A stretch of DNA of 64,000 nt from the NCBI GenBank assembly GCA_963682135.1, contig OY821645.1:1248001-1312000 (forward strand). The letters run 5' to 3'. The notes below the pieces were generated by a model. That model saw only the letters and a program-made list of their open reading frames with translations, had not been told where the DNA came from and made no database searches. This document shows positions 10,478 through 20,000 of the stretch, one piece after another. The stretch is from Methanothrix sp. (lineage in GTDB: Archaea; Halobacteriota; Methanosarcinia; Methanotrichales; Methanotrichaceae). The position numbers were made by a program, and so were the translations under genes. The first letter of the stretch is position 1. Every line of letters starts with the position of its first letter.

Positions 10478-11038
10478 TCAACGCACTCCAATCCAATCTT
10501 TGGTCTCAATCACCCTGGCAAAGCGCATCGCCTGGGTCACCATCACCGCACGATGCAGATCCGGGGCCGAGATAGCTCCCGCGCTGTTCTGCACAGCCAG
10601 AGTTCCTATGGCATCGGAGAGAAAGTCCACATGAAAACCCAGATGAAAAGCCTGGCGCGCCGTCGTATCGCAGCACATCTGCGCCAGGTAGCCGCAGATG
10701 GCAACCCTTCCCGCGCCCGCCTCCCGCAGCCACTTCTCCAGCCCAGTTCCCGTGAAGCTGCCCGGCAGGCTCTTTTCAATCAGAATATCGCGCCTCCTAA
10801 GCTCAATTTCCGGGTGCAGTTTCCATCCCTCGCTGCCTCTTCGAAAAGTCGGCGAGTCCTTACCGGCTGCACTGTGCTGGATGATGGCTACGGGCACACC
10901 CGCGCTGGCGGCATAGTCCATCGCCTTCAAAATATTGTTGAGACTGCCTTCCGGAAAGGTCACGGGCAGACGGCCTGTGAAGTATTCGTTCTGCACATCG
11001 ATGACCAGCAATGCCTCATTAACCTCAGTCGTTGTCAT
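10478..11038 (-). CDS. Isochorismatase-family cysteine hydrolase
   Basis: ALLVIDVQNEY, IEK..PGSF, MCCDTTARQA (Asp-Lys-Cys triad). Start taken at ATG 11038. Confidence 0.9.
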   Translation of the reverse strand: MTTTEVNEALLVIDVQNEYFTGRLPVTFPEGSLNNILKAMDYAASAGVPVAIIQHSAAGKDSPTFRRGSEGWKLHPEIELRRRDILIEKSLPGSFTGTGLEKWLREAGAGRVAICGYLAQMCCDTTARQAFHLGFHVDFLSDAIGTLAVQNSAGAISAPDLHRAVMVTQAMRFARVIETKDWIGVR

Positions 11039-11528
11039 GACCCATCCATCCTTTGAAATTCTCTTTTTCCAACTCCATCTCCTGGAAATCCACCACAATA
11101 CCGTTAACCTCTTTGCGGTACTCTCCAGTATCCTTAAAGCCGCAATGCAAATAGAGCTTTCTGGCGCGAAGATTGCTCCTTCGCACTATGAGATAGATTC
11201 TCTTTAGCCCGAGCTGCTCGAATCCATTCCTTATCGTCATTCGGGCGAGCTTCTCCCCTGCACCCTGCCCCAGGATATGCGGATGAAGCGCAATGCGAAA
11301 CTCGGCTCGGCTGCTCTTGCCGTCTGCATCATCTATTGAGAGAATTGTAAAGCCGATCAAAACGCCCCGCTCCTCGGCAACGTAAATCGTGGCTCCTTCC
11401 TTTCCGAGGTATTCGCTTATCCATCCAGCCTCACGCAGGGCATAATCAAGATCCTTGAACTCCTCCGGATAGACTGGCCAGCTTTGGATGACGGAAACAT
11501 CCTGCTCGACAATTTCCCTGAGAATCAT
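11025..11528 (-). CDS. GNAT-family N-acetyltransferase (RimJ/SpeG-like)
   Basis: LGQGAG acetyl-CoA motif A; NLRARKLYLHCGF motif B. Confidence 0.85.
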   Translation of the reverse strand: MILREIVEQDVSVIQSWPVYPEEFKDLDYALREAGWISEYLGKEGATIYVAEERGVLIGFTILSIDDADGKSSRAEFRIALHPHILGQGAGEKLARMTIRNGFEQLGLKRIYLIVRRSNLRARKLYLHCGFKDTGEYRKEVNGIVVDFQEMELEKENFKGWMGHDND

Positions 11529-11572
11529 CGTTCTCGTCCATGGAGAGCTGCCAATTAAAAGAGTTGGCTTGC

Positions 11573-11692
11573 CTAATGCAGATAGGTGAGAGATCCGCCA
11601 TGCGGGAACTCGGCGTTAACCACGCAGAGCGCCTGGGCCTTCTTTTCTGCATGGCACAGCTTGCCAGCAGAGAGTGCCACTGCTTGTACATG
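11573..11692 (-). pseudogene. Degenerate internal fragment of a SAM methyltransferase paralogous to 9657-10367
   Basis: Translates as HVQAVALSAGKLCHAEKKAQALCVVNAEFPHGGSLTYLH*, against KVYAVDLSAGMLRYAEKKAGARGVANVEFLSGGFLTYRH in the intact gene. Confidence 0.8.
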
Positions 11693-11696
11693 TGGC

Positions 11697-14600
11697 TCAA
11701 CGAAAAATCTCCCCTAAACGATAAGTGAGTCGTCGGGCACTGGGCCAACCAGCTTGGACAAAAACATCAAGAATCTCGACCAGGATTATTCTGCATTTCT
11801 CGTCTTCACTTAGAAGTGTCCGGTATTCTGCCAAATAGCGCTCGACGAGCTTGACCACGAGATCGACAGCTAAAGACTCGTGTTGGTACCCTGCCTGCTT
11901 ACCTGAGCGAACAACTCGGCCGATACGAAGAAACACTTCATGGGGTTCTAGCGGGATAAAAAATCCTAACGTTTCAAGTAGACGATGCGCAACGCTTGGT
12001 ATGCTCACATCGGCGAGTTCGTCGAAGATCGTGCTTGCTTCTCGATAAAAACGTTCTGATTCGGGTTTTATGGTGCGAACTGTTCCCGGCTGTCCATTGC
12101 GCTCACGATCATATGCACCAGAAGCAAAATAAAATTCGCTTCCAAGACTATCCATGAGTCTCACGAATGATTTGGCCCTATCTTTGTCGTGCTGGGACCA
12201 TTCGTTGAACGTAATCATTTTGTTTTGTTTCTCAAGCTCCTGCAGATTTTCGCGCCCGGAACGCAGGAGAGTTGCAAGCAATTCGAAGGCACGCATGCGA
12301 ATGGCTTCAGCATCTGGATCATAGCGATTCGTAGGCCCGTGCGTTAGCGGCTCGCGTAAGTTCATTAAGACACGGTGCGCCTCATCAGGGTATGTAGCGG
12401 GATTGGAGGCAATTCCTCGAACGATTTCACTGCAGGGGAAATGACCACGCCAAATGCAGAGACCTGAAAAGATGTTCACGCATTGCCCCCTAACCTCAGT
12501 AGCACCAGGTCCCTCCTTTACACGGTCGAAGATCGCTTTTGTAAGACCTACAATTCGATCCGGTTCAACATCTGCAAGCCTGCCAATCGGTCCACCTAGG
12601 AGTCCACAAAGAACTCCTCTGCTTAGTTCGTCACAGCACATGCTCTCAATGATTTGCCACATAGATTCCCGTGCCGTTTGATAAAGGGCATTTGTGTAGG
12701 ATGCTATCTGAAAACGCACTGCAGGAACGGGATCTTTGCTTAACCGCTCAATTGCGTCTAGAACATCGGAACTTGCACAGGTCGGGTTACGAGCAAGCAC
12801 AACCAGCCCCTTTGCCGCCTCAATTCGTGGTGCTGGAAATCCCCACGAAGGATATTGGTCAAACTGATCTTTGCCTTCCGGATTCAAGGTGGGTTCGAGA
12901 TAATGACTAGCTTCGAGAAGAACTCTTTTTATCAATGCGCATATCTCATCGTCATTTGAGGGCATCTCAATTTTTGCGATGCAGGCACATGCGTCTGTAA
13001 GATATCCCCAACCAAAGTCTCGCTGCTTTGAATGAATCCAATCAGCATCGGCGCTTGAGAGAGCGCTATGAAGCTCTCGAAGAGCCGAGTGTATATTGTG
13101 TACTTCCTCTAATGTGGGATCTGAATTGCGGTGCTCGTCCACAAACACCTTGACTGGACGCTCCAATTCTCGGATCTTTCGGTTCACCTCTGCTTCGACT
13201 GGCGCACCTATGTCCGCTGGATATTCCTCCTCACCGTAAGGCACGTCCATTACCCCACCGAAACTCACCATCGGCTCATTAGCCGGGACTGCATTTTTGC
13301 TCCTCAGCTCCTCAAGTATGTGCCATGCCTCTGCGGTGACGATGCTCTCATTTTCCAGGCATCCGAGGAGGCGATTTCGTATGCGTTCGCCTGCCTCTAT
13401 ATGTACAGTCTCTGGGATTCTCAGAATCGCCTGCTCGATATGCTTGCGCTCCTGGCGGTCCAAAGTAGGAAAGATGACATTGAGAAACTCACCGACCTGC
13501 GTTGTTGTATCATAACCAGTGAGGATCGGCATAGTCCAGCTGAGTTGAAGGATTTCTCTGCCGAGTGTGCTCGGGAAGCGACTGCCCATGATAAGGAGAC
13601 GCCTCCAGAGAACTGCTAGGCGGTTTTCAGAGGCTATTATTTGGACCAGTACGCGAAGTTGTTCAATACGGTCATGTTTCTTTGCAAGTTCCTCAAGATA
13701 TCGCTGAAACTCGTTGAGCATCTGGAGGGGCTTATGATGACCGTAGACACTATGGTCCCAGATAGTGCTGTAATCCTTGAGGAGACGTGCCTGGATACCA
13801 TTGAAGTCGAATACCACTTCATGCCCTTCAACCGAAGACATTGAGTGATCATGGGCCACATATGCTTCCATCACTGCGATGAGAGCATGGGTCGCCTTTT
13901 CTGGTGCGCACTCTAGAAATTGCGGAAAAACTTCCGCGAGCTTGTATAGCGCCATATCATAGTCTTGCCGACGATTAGAGGTCAACGGCAGGATACGACT
14001 CTGACCGATGGGTGTTGTCTCATTTGAGGTTTCATGGTGGCTAAAGGTTGCGCGGTAAATCTCCTCGACTAGCTGCGGATCAAGGGAAATTAACAGCTTG
14101 ACCTCTTCGGCCAGAAACGGTATCTCTTCGAATCCAAACTGCGAAAGGTGTAGGGGCTCCAGGCATTGCCGAATCAGCCTGGCCGATGAGCCAGGATTGC
14201 TCTCAAAAGTACGGCAGACACATTGCAGGGCATTGATTACTAGCCGTCGGTCTCTAGGCATCTGAGACCATGCAAATTCGAAAAGCTGACGCGCGGTCTG
14301 CCCGGCCGCAATACGTTGTTCAGGAGGGAGATCTTCAGTGTGCTCGCTGATGATTGTTAGAAGAGACTGAACCGTGTAAGCCACATGCAGGCAGAGGCTC
14401 CTGCTAACGCACTCGATGAATTCACACCAGGGACCTGCATCGCTCCCAACGAGTCGTTTTTCATTGTGGGTGACTTCTGATAGTGCCCCAAAAAGGTGCC
14501 ACAGCACTTGCTCAGAAGTGCTTTTGGTCTCTACATGTGGATTATTCAGAGCCGAAAACAACGGCTCAAGATCGGACAGCGCTCTGACCAATTCCGCTGC

Positions 14601-16676
14601 CACGGAGGGACCGATCAGCTTACCAATCTCAGGTATACCGGCTGCCCGATTGACTCGAAATACGAGATCCCAAAACTGTGGGATGCCAATATTCCACAAG
14701 TGACGGAAGTGTAGCATGAGACTGGGCCGAATCACGATCACCAGGTCTGGGTCGTCAAGAAGGCGATGTACCACTCGCTCAGCACTACCACGCAGAAGTA
14801 GTCTTGCGACCGCGTAATCGAAGAGAATGTTGTGCCCAAACGCTAGGATATCGCGGTCTGGTGATCTTATCGGTGATGACTGCCACTCGATGAGGACTTG
14901 CATGCTGAGAAGATCCCGAAGCAGGCCACTGGTATCCGTGCGTGCCACAGCAAATCGGTCAACATGGAGTGCACGTTTTGCAACCATCTTTTCGCATACT
15001 TCCCTCAGAACAGCTTCACGGGCGTCCCCCTGCGTGTCATCGTTTGAATGGATCACTCTACGCAACCAATATTGGTCCAGTAATCCGAGCTGCGTTCTAA
15101 TCGGCAATAATTCGTTGTAGCTATCACCAGTGCCAAGTAATTCAGCTCCGAGCTGTAGGTTGAATGGTACACTCAGAAGATTATATAATTCGGTGGGCGC
15201 GCTCTTGATAAGTGCATAGAGCTCGGAAGACTGGGAGGAGATTTGATTAATTTCATCCACAGAGAGACAGGGGATGTTCAGATGACGAACATGGCTGAAC
15301 TCAGCGTCCTGGAACTCCGACAGTGGATCTCCAACGAAGAGCGACTTGATCTCTTCGCCGTAACGCAGATCGAACTTGCGAATGGAGGCTATTACGTGCC
15401 AGCGCCCGTTTCTTTCGACAATCCGGCGGATTAGATCCCTAATCATTCTCCCGGCAGGATCCACACGGGCAGTGTCCAGAGCATCAATGACAAGGAAGGC
15501 AGGTTGTAGTCCCGGCCAATTGTCAAGCACCTCAATTAATTCGTGATTCAGACCAATCTCACCCCGAAGGCCACCAAGACTCCGTGCGTCGAGGCGATCG
15601 ACCGCAAGGAAGATGTAATCTCGTACCTGCTCCTTTAGGGTCTCAACGAAATCATGCAATGCGCCGGACTTTCCGGCACCAGGTTCTCCGACTACAAGAA
15701 TCGACTTCTCTTCGACTGCCAGTTTCAGCACTTCAGTGCAGTGACGCCTAATTTTTACCTCTGTGGAGCCAACGCGAATTCTCGCCAGATGAGCGAGCGA
15801 TTCGAAAATTGACTCTGAGTGCTCCTTGAGTCTTTCAATATCATGGCGGTAGCTTCGGACAGTTTGGAGTTCGATCCCTGCATCTAGGAGTTCTCGCTGG
15901 AGATTCTTTCGATCGGTTTCTGACCGGTGCACCGCAAAGCCTGCACATAAGCTGATGAGTTGTGACCATGCTACGTCAGCCTTTTCTGGGTCACGTAATA
16001 CGGCAGTGCGTAGGAGATTTTTCGCTTCGTTTTCATTGGTACATCCTTCATCCAGGTCAAGTACCTGCACATGGATTAAAGATAGGAATTGCCGGAACTC
16101 ATCGTCAGAAGGATCTGCACCTGAAGCATTTTGCCAAGATCTAGCCACATGCGTCTTCACAACCGAGAGAACATCATGGTCCTTGTAGTTTCTTTCGGCT
16201 TTATCCATTGAATGGTTTGAGAGGAGGTGTCGCACCCGACCAAGTACCTCTTTAAAGTGAAGCCGGATTTTCTCTGAGCTGGTAGGTGAAGTGACAATAA
16301 CGAGGCGATCCTTTTCAGGATCGAGGGGCCGGTCCAAAGCCTGCGTCCCCGTGGTTTTGCTCTGGCGAACGATGAACTGACGAACAAACTGGTCGAGGAC
16401 GGAGGCCAGATCCGATTTGTCCCCCTTCAAAAGCTTAAGTGTTCGCTTGCATTGGACAAACAGTAATCTGTTATCCGAGGTCCCTATCTGCAGATCATCT
16501 ACCGGCTGTTTGGTCTCGCATTGAAGCCACTCGAGAGTCGTCTCTGCTGAGAGATTCCAAGGAGCGGTTGCATCTTTTTCGGCCAGAATGTAGACGGTTG
16601 CCCAAGCTGCTACGCGGTGTTGAAAGTCCATGCCGCCTGCTGTGGCTGCTCCTCCGGCTACGGCTTTTACCTTCAT
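11697..16676 (-). CDS. Avs-like STAND NTPase: N-terminal Cap4/DUF4297-like PD-(D/E)XK nuclease, P-loop NTPase, long helical (HEAT-like) C-terminal region
   Basis: N-terminal GMDFQ...ETKQPVDD...FVQCK nuclease pattern; Walker A GEPGAGKS; Walker B LVIDALD; PFNL motif; 1659 aa. Confidence 0.75.
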   Translation of the reverse strand: MKVKAVAGGAATAGGMDFQHRVAAWATVYILAEKDATAPWNLSAETTLEWLQCETKQPVDDLQIGTSDNRLLFVQCKRTLKLLKGDKSDLASVLDQFVRQFIVRQSKTTGTQALDRPLDPEKDRLVIVTSPTSSEKIRLHFKEVLGRVRHLLSNHSMDKAERNYKDHDVLSVVKTHVARSWQNASGADPSDDEFRQFLSLIHVQVLDLDEGCTNENEAKNLLRTAVLRDPEKADVAWSQLISLCAGFAVHRSETDRKNLQRELLDAGIELQTVRSYRHDIERLKEHSESIFESLAHLARIRVGSTEVKIRRHCTEVLKLAVEEKSILVVGEPGAGKSGALHDFVETLKEQVRDYIFLAVDRLDARSLGGLRGEIGLNHELIEVLDNWPGLQPAFLVIDALDTARVDPAGRMIRDLIRRIVERNGRWHVIASIRKFDLRYGEEIKSLFVGDPLSEFQDAEFSHVRHLNIPCLSVDEINQISSQSSELYALIKSAPTELYNLLSVPFNLQLGAELLGTGDSYNELLPIRTQLGLLDQYWLRRVIHSNDDTQGDAREAVLREVCEKMVAKRALHVDRFAVARTDTSGLLRDLLSMQVLIEWQSSPIRSPDRDILAFGHNILFDYAVARLLLRGSAERVVHRLLDDPDLVIVIRPSLMLHFRHLWNIGIPQFWDLVFRVNRAAGIPEIGKLIGPSVAAELVRALSDLEPLFSALNNPHVETKSTSEQVLWHLFGALSEVTHNEKRLVGSDAGPWCEFIECVSRSLCLHVAYTVQSLLTIISEHTEDLPPEQRIAAGQTARQLFEFAWSQMPRDRRLVINALQCVCRTFESNPGSSARLIRQCLEPLHLSQFGFEEIPFLAEEVKLLISLDPQLVEEIYRATFSHHETSNETTPIGQSRILPLTSNRRQDYDMALYKLAEVFPQFLECAPEKATHALIAVMEAYVAHDHSMSSVEGHEVVFDFNGIQARLLKDYSTIWDHSVYGHHKPLQMLNEFQRYLEELAKKHDRIEQLRVLVQIIASENRLAVLWRRLLIMGSRFPSTLGREILQLSWTMPILTGYDTTTQVGEFLNVIFPTLDRQERKHIEQAILRIPETVHIEAGERIRNRLLGCLENESIVTAEAWHILEELRSKNAVPANEPMVSFGGVMDVPYGEEEYPADIGAPVEAEVNRKIRELERPVKVFVDEHRNSDPTLEEVHNIHSALRELHSALSSADADWIHSKQRDFGWGYLTDACACIAKIEMPSNDDEICALIKRVLLEASHYLEPTLNPEGKDQFDQYPSWGFPAPRIEAAKGLVVLARNPTCASSDVLDAIERLSKDPVPAVRFQIASYTNALYQTARESMWQIIESMCCDELSRGVLCGLLGGPIGRLADVEPDRIVGLTKAIFDRVKEGPGATEVRGQCVNIFSGLCIWRGHFPCSEIVRGIASNPATYPDEAHRVLMNLREPLTHGPTNRYDPDAEAIRMRAFELLATLLRSGRENLQELEKQNKMITFNEWSQHDKDRAKSFVRLMDSLGSEFYFASGAYDRERNGQPGTVRTIKPESERFYREASTIFDELADVSIPSVAHRLLETLGFFIPLEPHEVFLRIGRVVRSGKQAGYQHESLAVDLVVKLVERYLAEYRTLLSEDEKCRIILVEILDVFVQAGWPSARRLTYRLGEIFR

Positions 16677-16760
16677 GGGTCACACACCACTTTGTTCAAA
16701 ACTCGTAGACATGAGACGAATTCGCTTATCTTAAAACGCAGAAACCACACCTGCAAGAAC

Positions 16761-16919
16761 TCACCTTCTGTTCAGAAGTGGCGTCTCCAGCCGCAATAGC
16801 ATCTGATGTGGTCGATCCAGAAGCATCACCTTTCCACGGACAGGTAAGACGCTCGATGGCGGCACGGGCTCGCCCTCCCAAGTGGTCTCTACAGGATAAA
16901 GGGTCTCATCGATTCGCAT
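16761..16919 (-). CDS. Possible 52-aa small protein between the two STAND genes
   Basis: ATG 16919 to TGA 16761 (MRIDETLYPVETTWEG...LLNRR); co-oriented with its neighbours and downstream of an AT-rich TATA-like tract. No recognisable motif. Confidence 0.25.
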   Translation of the reverse strand: MRIDETLYPVETTWEGEPVPPSSVLPVRGKVMLLDRPHQMLLRLETPLLNRR

Positions 16920-17010
16920 CTTATACCCACATTGCAGCTTTCGGATTTAAGGAACTATAGTATAATACAATCATAAATATAATGCACTTATAAAGATCTA
17001 AAGATCGATT

Positions 17011-20000
17011 TCACTTGGATCTCAAGGCCTCTTCAAGCTCGGTGATCAGATTTTGTGTTTCCTGTACTTCTTTGGCCTCGGCCGGTCCGCAAGCCTCGAA
17101 CTTTTCCCGGGCTGACATGGCATATTCCAGGGCATCGGATAGCCGACCGGCGTTCTTAAGGCACAAGGCTACATTGCGGCGAAATCTTGCCATAGCGTAA
17201 AGATCACTTAACTCATCTGCATAGCGAATGGCCTCCTGGAAGTTTCTCAGAGCCTCGTCGAACATGCCGGCATAATAATAAACACTGCCTAGTCCATTAT
17301 TGATAGTTGCTAGATCATCCACAGCATTCTCCGGCAGTATCTTCAAGGCTTGTTGGTAAAACTGCCGTGCAGCCTCAATATGCTTGCCTTCGGGTTTGCC
17401 TGCAGTTTGAGTATCCAAAAAGCGCTCACAAGCCAACCTCCCCATTAAGGTAAGGCCCTTACTGCGACCTAGCCAGTCGGACTTGATGATCATATCCAGG
17501 TAGCTCAGACACCAATATTCAGCCTTATCCAGATTACGGATTCCAGCCATATCCATGTACATATTACCAAGCCTCATGGATATAACTGCAGTCTCCTGCC
17601 TGAAACCATGCGCTTCACTCTTTTCGATAGCCTCCTCATAACTCTGAACGCATTTCGTATCGCCTATTTCGTTTTGAATTTCAGCCAAATCGGATAATAA
17701 GATAATATAATTCCGGATAACGTTTCGACCTCTCTCATCCGTCTTATGAGGGGCAGCGACTAGGGCCGGTCCATCCTTTTTCCAAGCCCATTCTATGGAT
17801 TTTTTCTGTATTCTCAATGCCTCATCCCATTGACGATACTTGATGGCTAGTTTTACTCGATAGTCAGAGACTACGCTCCACTCCTTCTCCCGGCCTGCAA
17901 TGGGGCCATCCGTTTTCAGGTCCACACATAATGGCACGATCTCCTCGACCAAGTGTCTCCACTCCATCCACTGTCCAGTCTGATTGTAGAAATGAAGTAG
18001 GCCTTGCATGGTAAAAACGACTGCGTCCCACCATCCTTTTTTCAATGCCATCTGCCGGGCAAAGCGCAAATTAGCCTCATCATCAGCCAAAGCTGACACG
18101 ACATCTGTATGACCAACCTCATATTCCTGCTTATGGATGCCCCCCATAAGACCTACAGCCATCACGAAGGCCCTGGCAACCTCGTCTTCCCGGCCTTTGA
18201 AGTACTTTTGGAATAGATCCCGGAAGAACCAGGGCAATGCAGGATGAATACGGTATACTCTCTCGTCAAATCTGGTGAGGATTCCCACCTCCTTGGCCCT
18301 GTCCAGGAACTTAATACCAGTCTCGTAATCAAGCCCTCGTACCTCTTCCAGAGAGAAAGAATTATAGCCCATGAGCATTAATACACCCACATCCACGTAC
18401 CCCTGGAAGAAGCTGAGCAGCGCCAGGATACGCCTTTCCTTTTCGTCAAAGGCATTTTCCGACCCGTAGCGAAGCGATGCCCCCAGGGACCTGGACCGGC
18501 CCTGGCTTTCATCATCCTCGATCTCCTTCTCTCCGGACCTCAGTTGCTCCACGAACCTTTCGATCTGCTCTTTTGTGCCCAGGCCCTCTCGCAAAACCTG
18601 ACCCACCAGGACAGTTATGGTCAGAGGGTTACCTTCAGTGTACCTCAGCAGCGGCCTCCAGTTTTCCACATCGATCATCCTGTGCCCCTGCTTGTCGGCT
18701 ATGGCTCGGGCCAGCTCCATCCTCTCAAACATAGGCATGGGCGGGACTGGAACTCTGCGAGGCAGATCGCCCAGCCACTCTCGCTCCTCTCGCCGAGACG
18801 TGAGCAGGAACTTGGCCCGGGTGTCTCTTGCCGCCCGCAGGAAGTTGGCAAGATCCTGTTGCTCCTCTGTGCTCCAGGCCGATTCAGTTCCTATGGGAAA
18901 GCCAGCCACCGTCTCGACGTTATCCCATATCCAGAGCACGGGTATTTGCTTCAGCACCTGTATGGCCAAAGACCGTCTCTGTTCGTCATCCAGGGTCAGC
19001 CAGTGGATGCCCTGCTCTTCCAGAGTCTTGCCAAATACCTGTCTAATCTTATCCAGCACACGAGACAGCGGCATATGCCTCTCGAAGGACGTGAACAGGA
19101 CCGGTCCATCCACACCGCCAGTCAGAGAATACCACCGGGCAAACTCAGCGGCAGTGGCAGTCTTGCCGTTGCCGGCATAAGCATGCAGTAGGACAATTTT
19201 ATAAGAGTCAAAGGCGCGATCGATGGCCATCAGCGTCTCGTCCCTGCCAAAGAAGCCTGTATCAGGACTGGTGGGCAGAGTTGGGTCCAAATAGCTCCGC
19301 TTAGGTATGGCCTCGTTCTCACGTATCTTGATCTCAAACATCTTTTCGCCTTTCTGTCGGGAGAAGAGGGCCAGAGTGCCGGCTTCAAAGACCACGGGCA
19401 CAGACCAGTCCAAAAGCTCACGTTCCCGGAAGGCTATCTCACGCTGTGGCTGGTCGTGAAGATGCTTTCTGCCCAGGTTTACCGCCTCTTCCAGAGTCCT
19501 GCCCTGCACCAGAGCATCATAAAGCTCGGCCACGAACTGGGCGGCAGTCACCACATAGACCACATACCTCATGGCCACCACTCCAGCCGAGCCAGAATGC
19601 ATCACCTCCTGGGCCAGGGAGCCGAAGGCTCTAACCCGCGAGTGAGCATCCATCTGCTTTGCATCCTCAGCGGATGCTGGCTCGTTGGAAGATTCGGTAT
19701 AAGCGGAACGGCATGCATTGAGCACCAGAATGGGGACCTCGGCCTCTCTCAGAAGGTTTCCGAGGCTAGTTCCATCCACCAGCTCCATGTTTTCCTTTTG
19801 ACGAGGATTCTCGAAGAGAAGATAGCCGCATGGACCGGGCCTTCGAGAGTCGAACGTGTTTCTGTTCACTCCGCCAAAGCCACTTGAACCGCCCAGATCT
19901 GCATAAGTTCCGTGGCCGTCAAAATGCAGCACATGATAGGGCTTGCCCTCGTCTTTGGCCTTTCTCAGTACCCGCCCCAATTGGTCGAAGGTGGGCGGAC

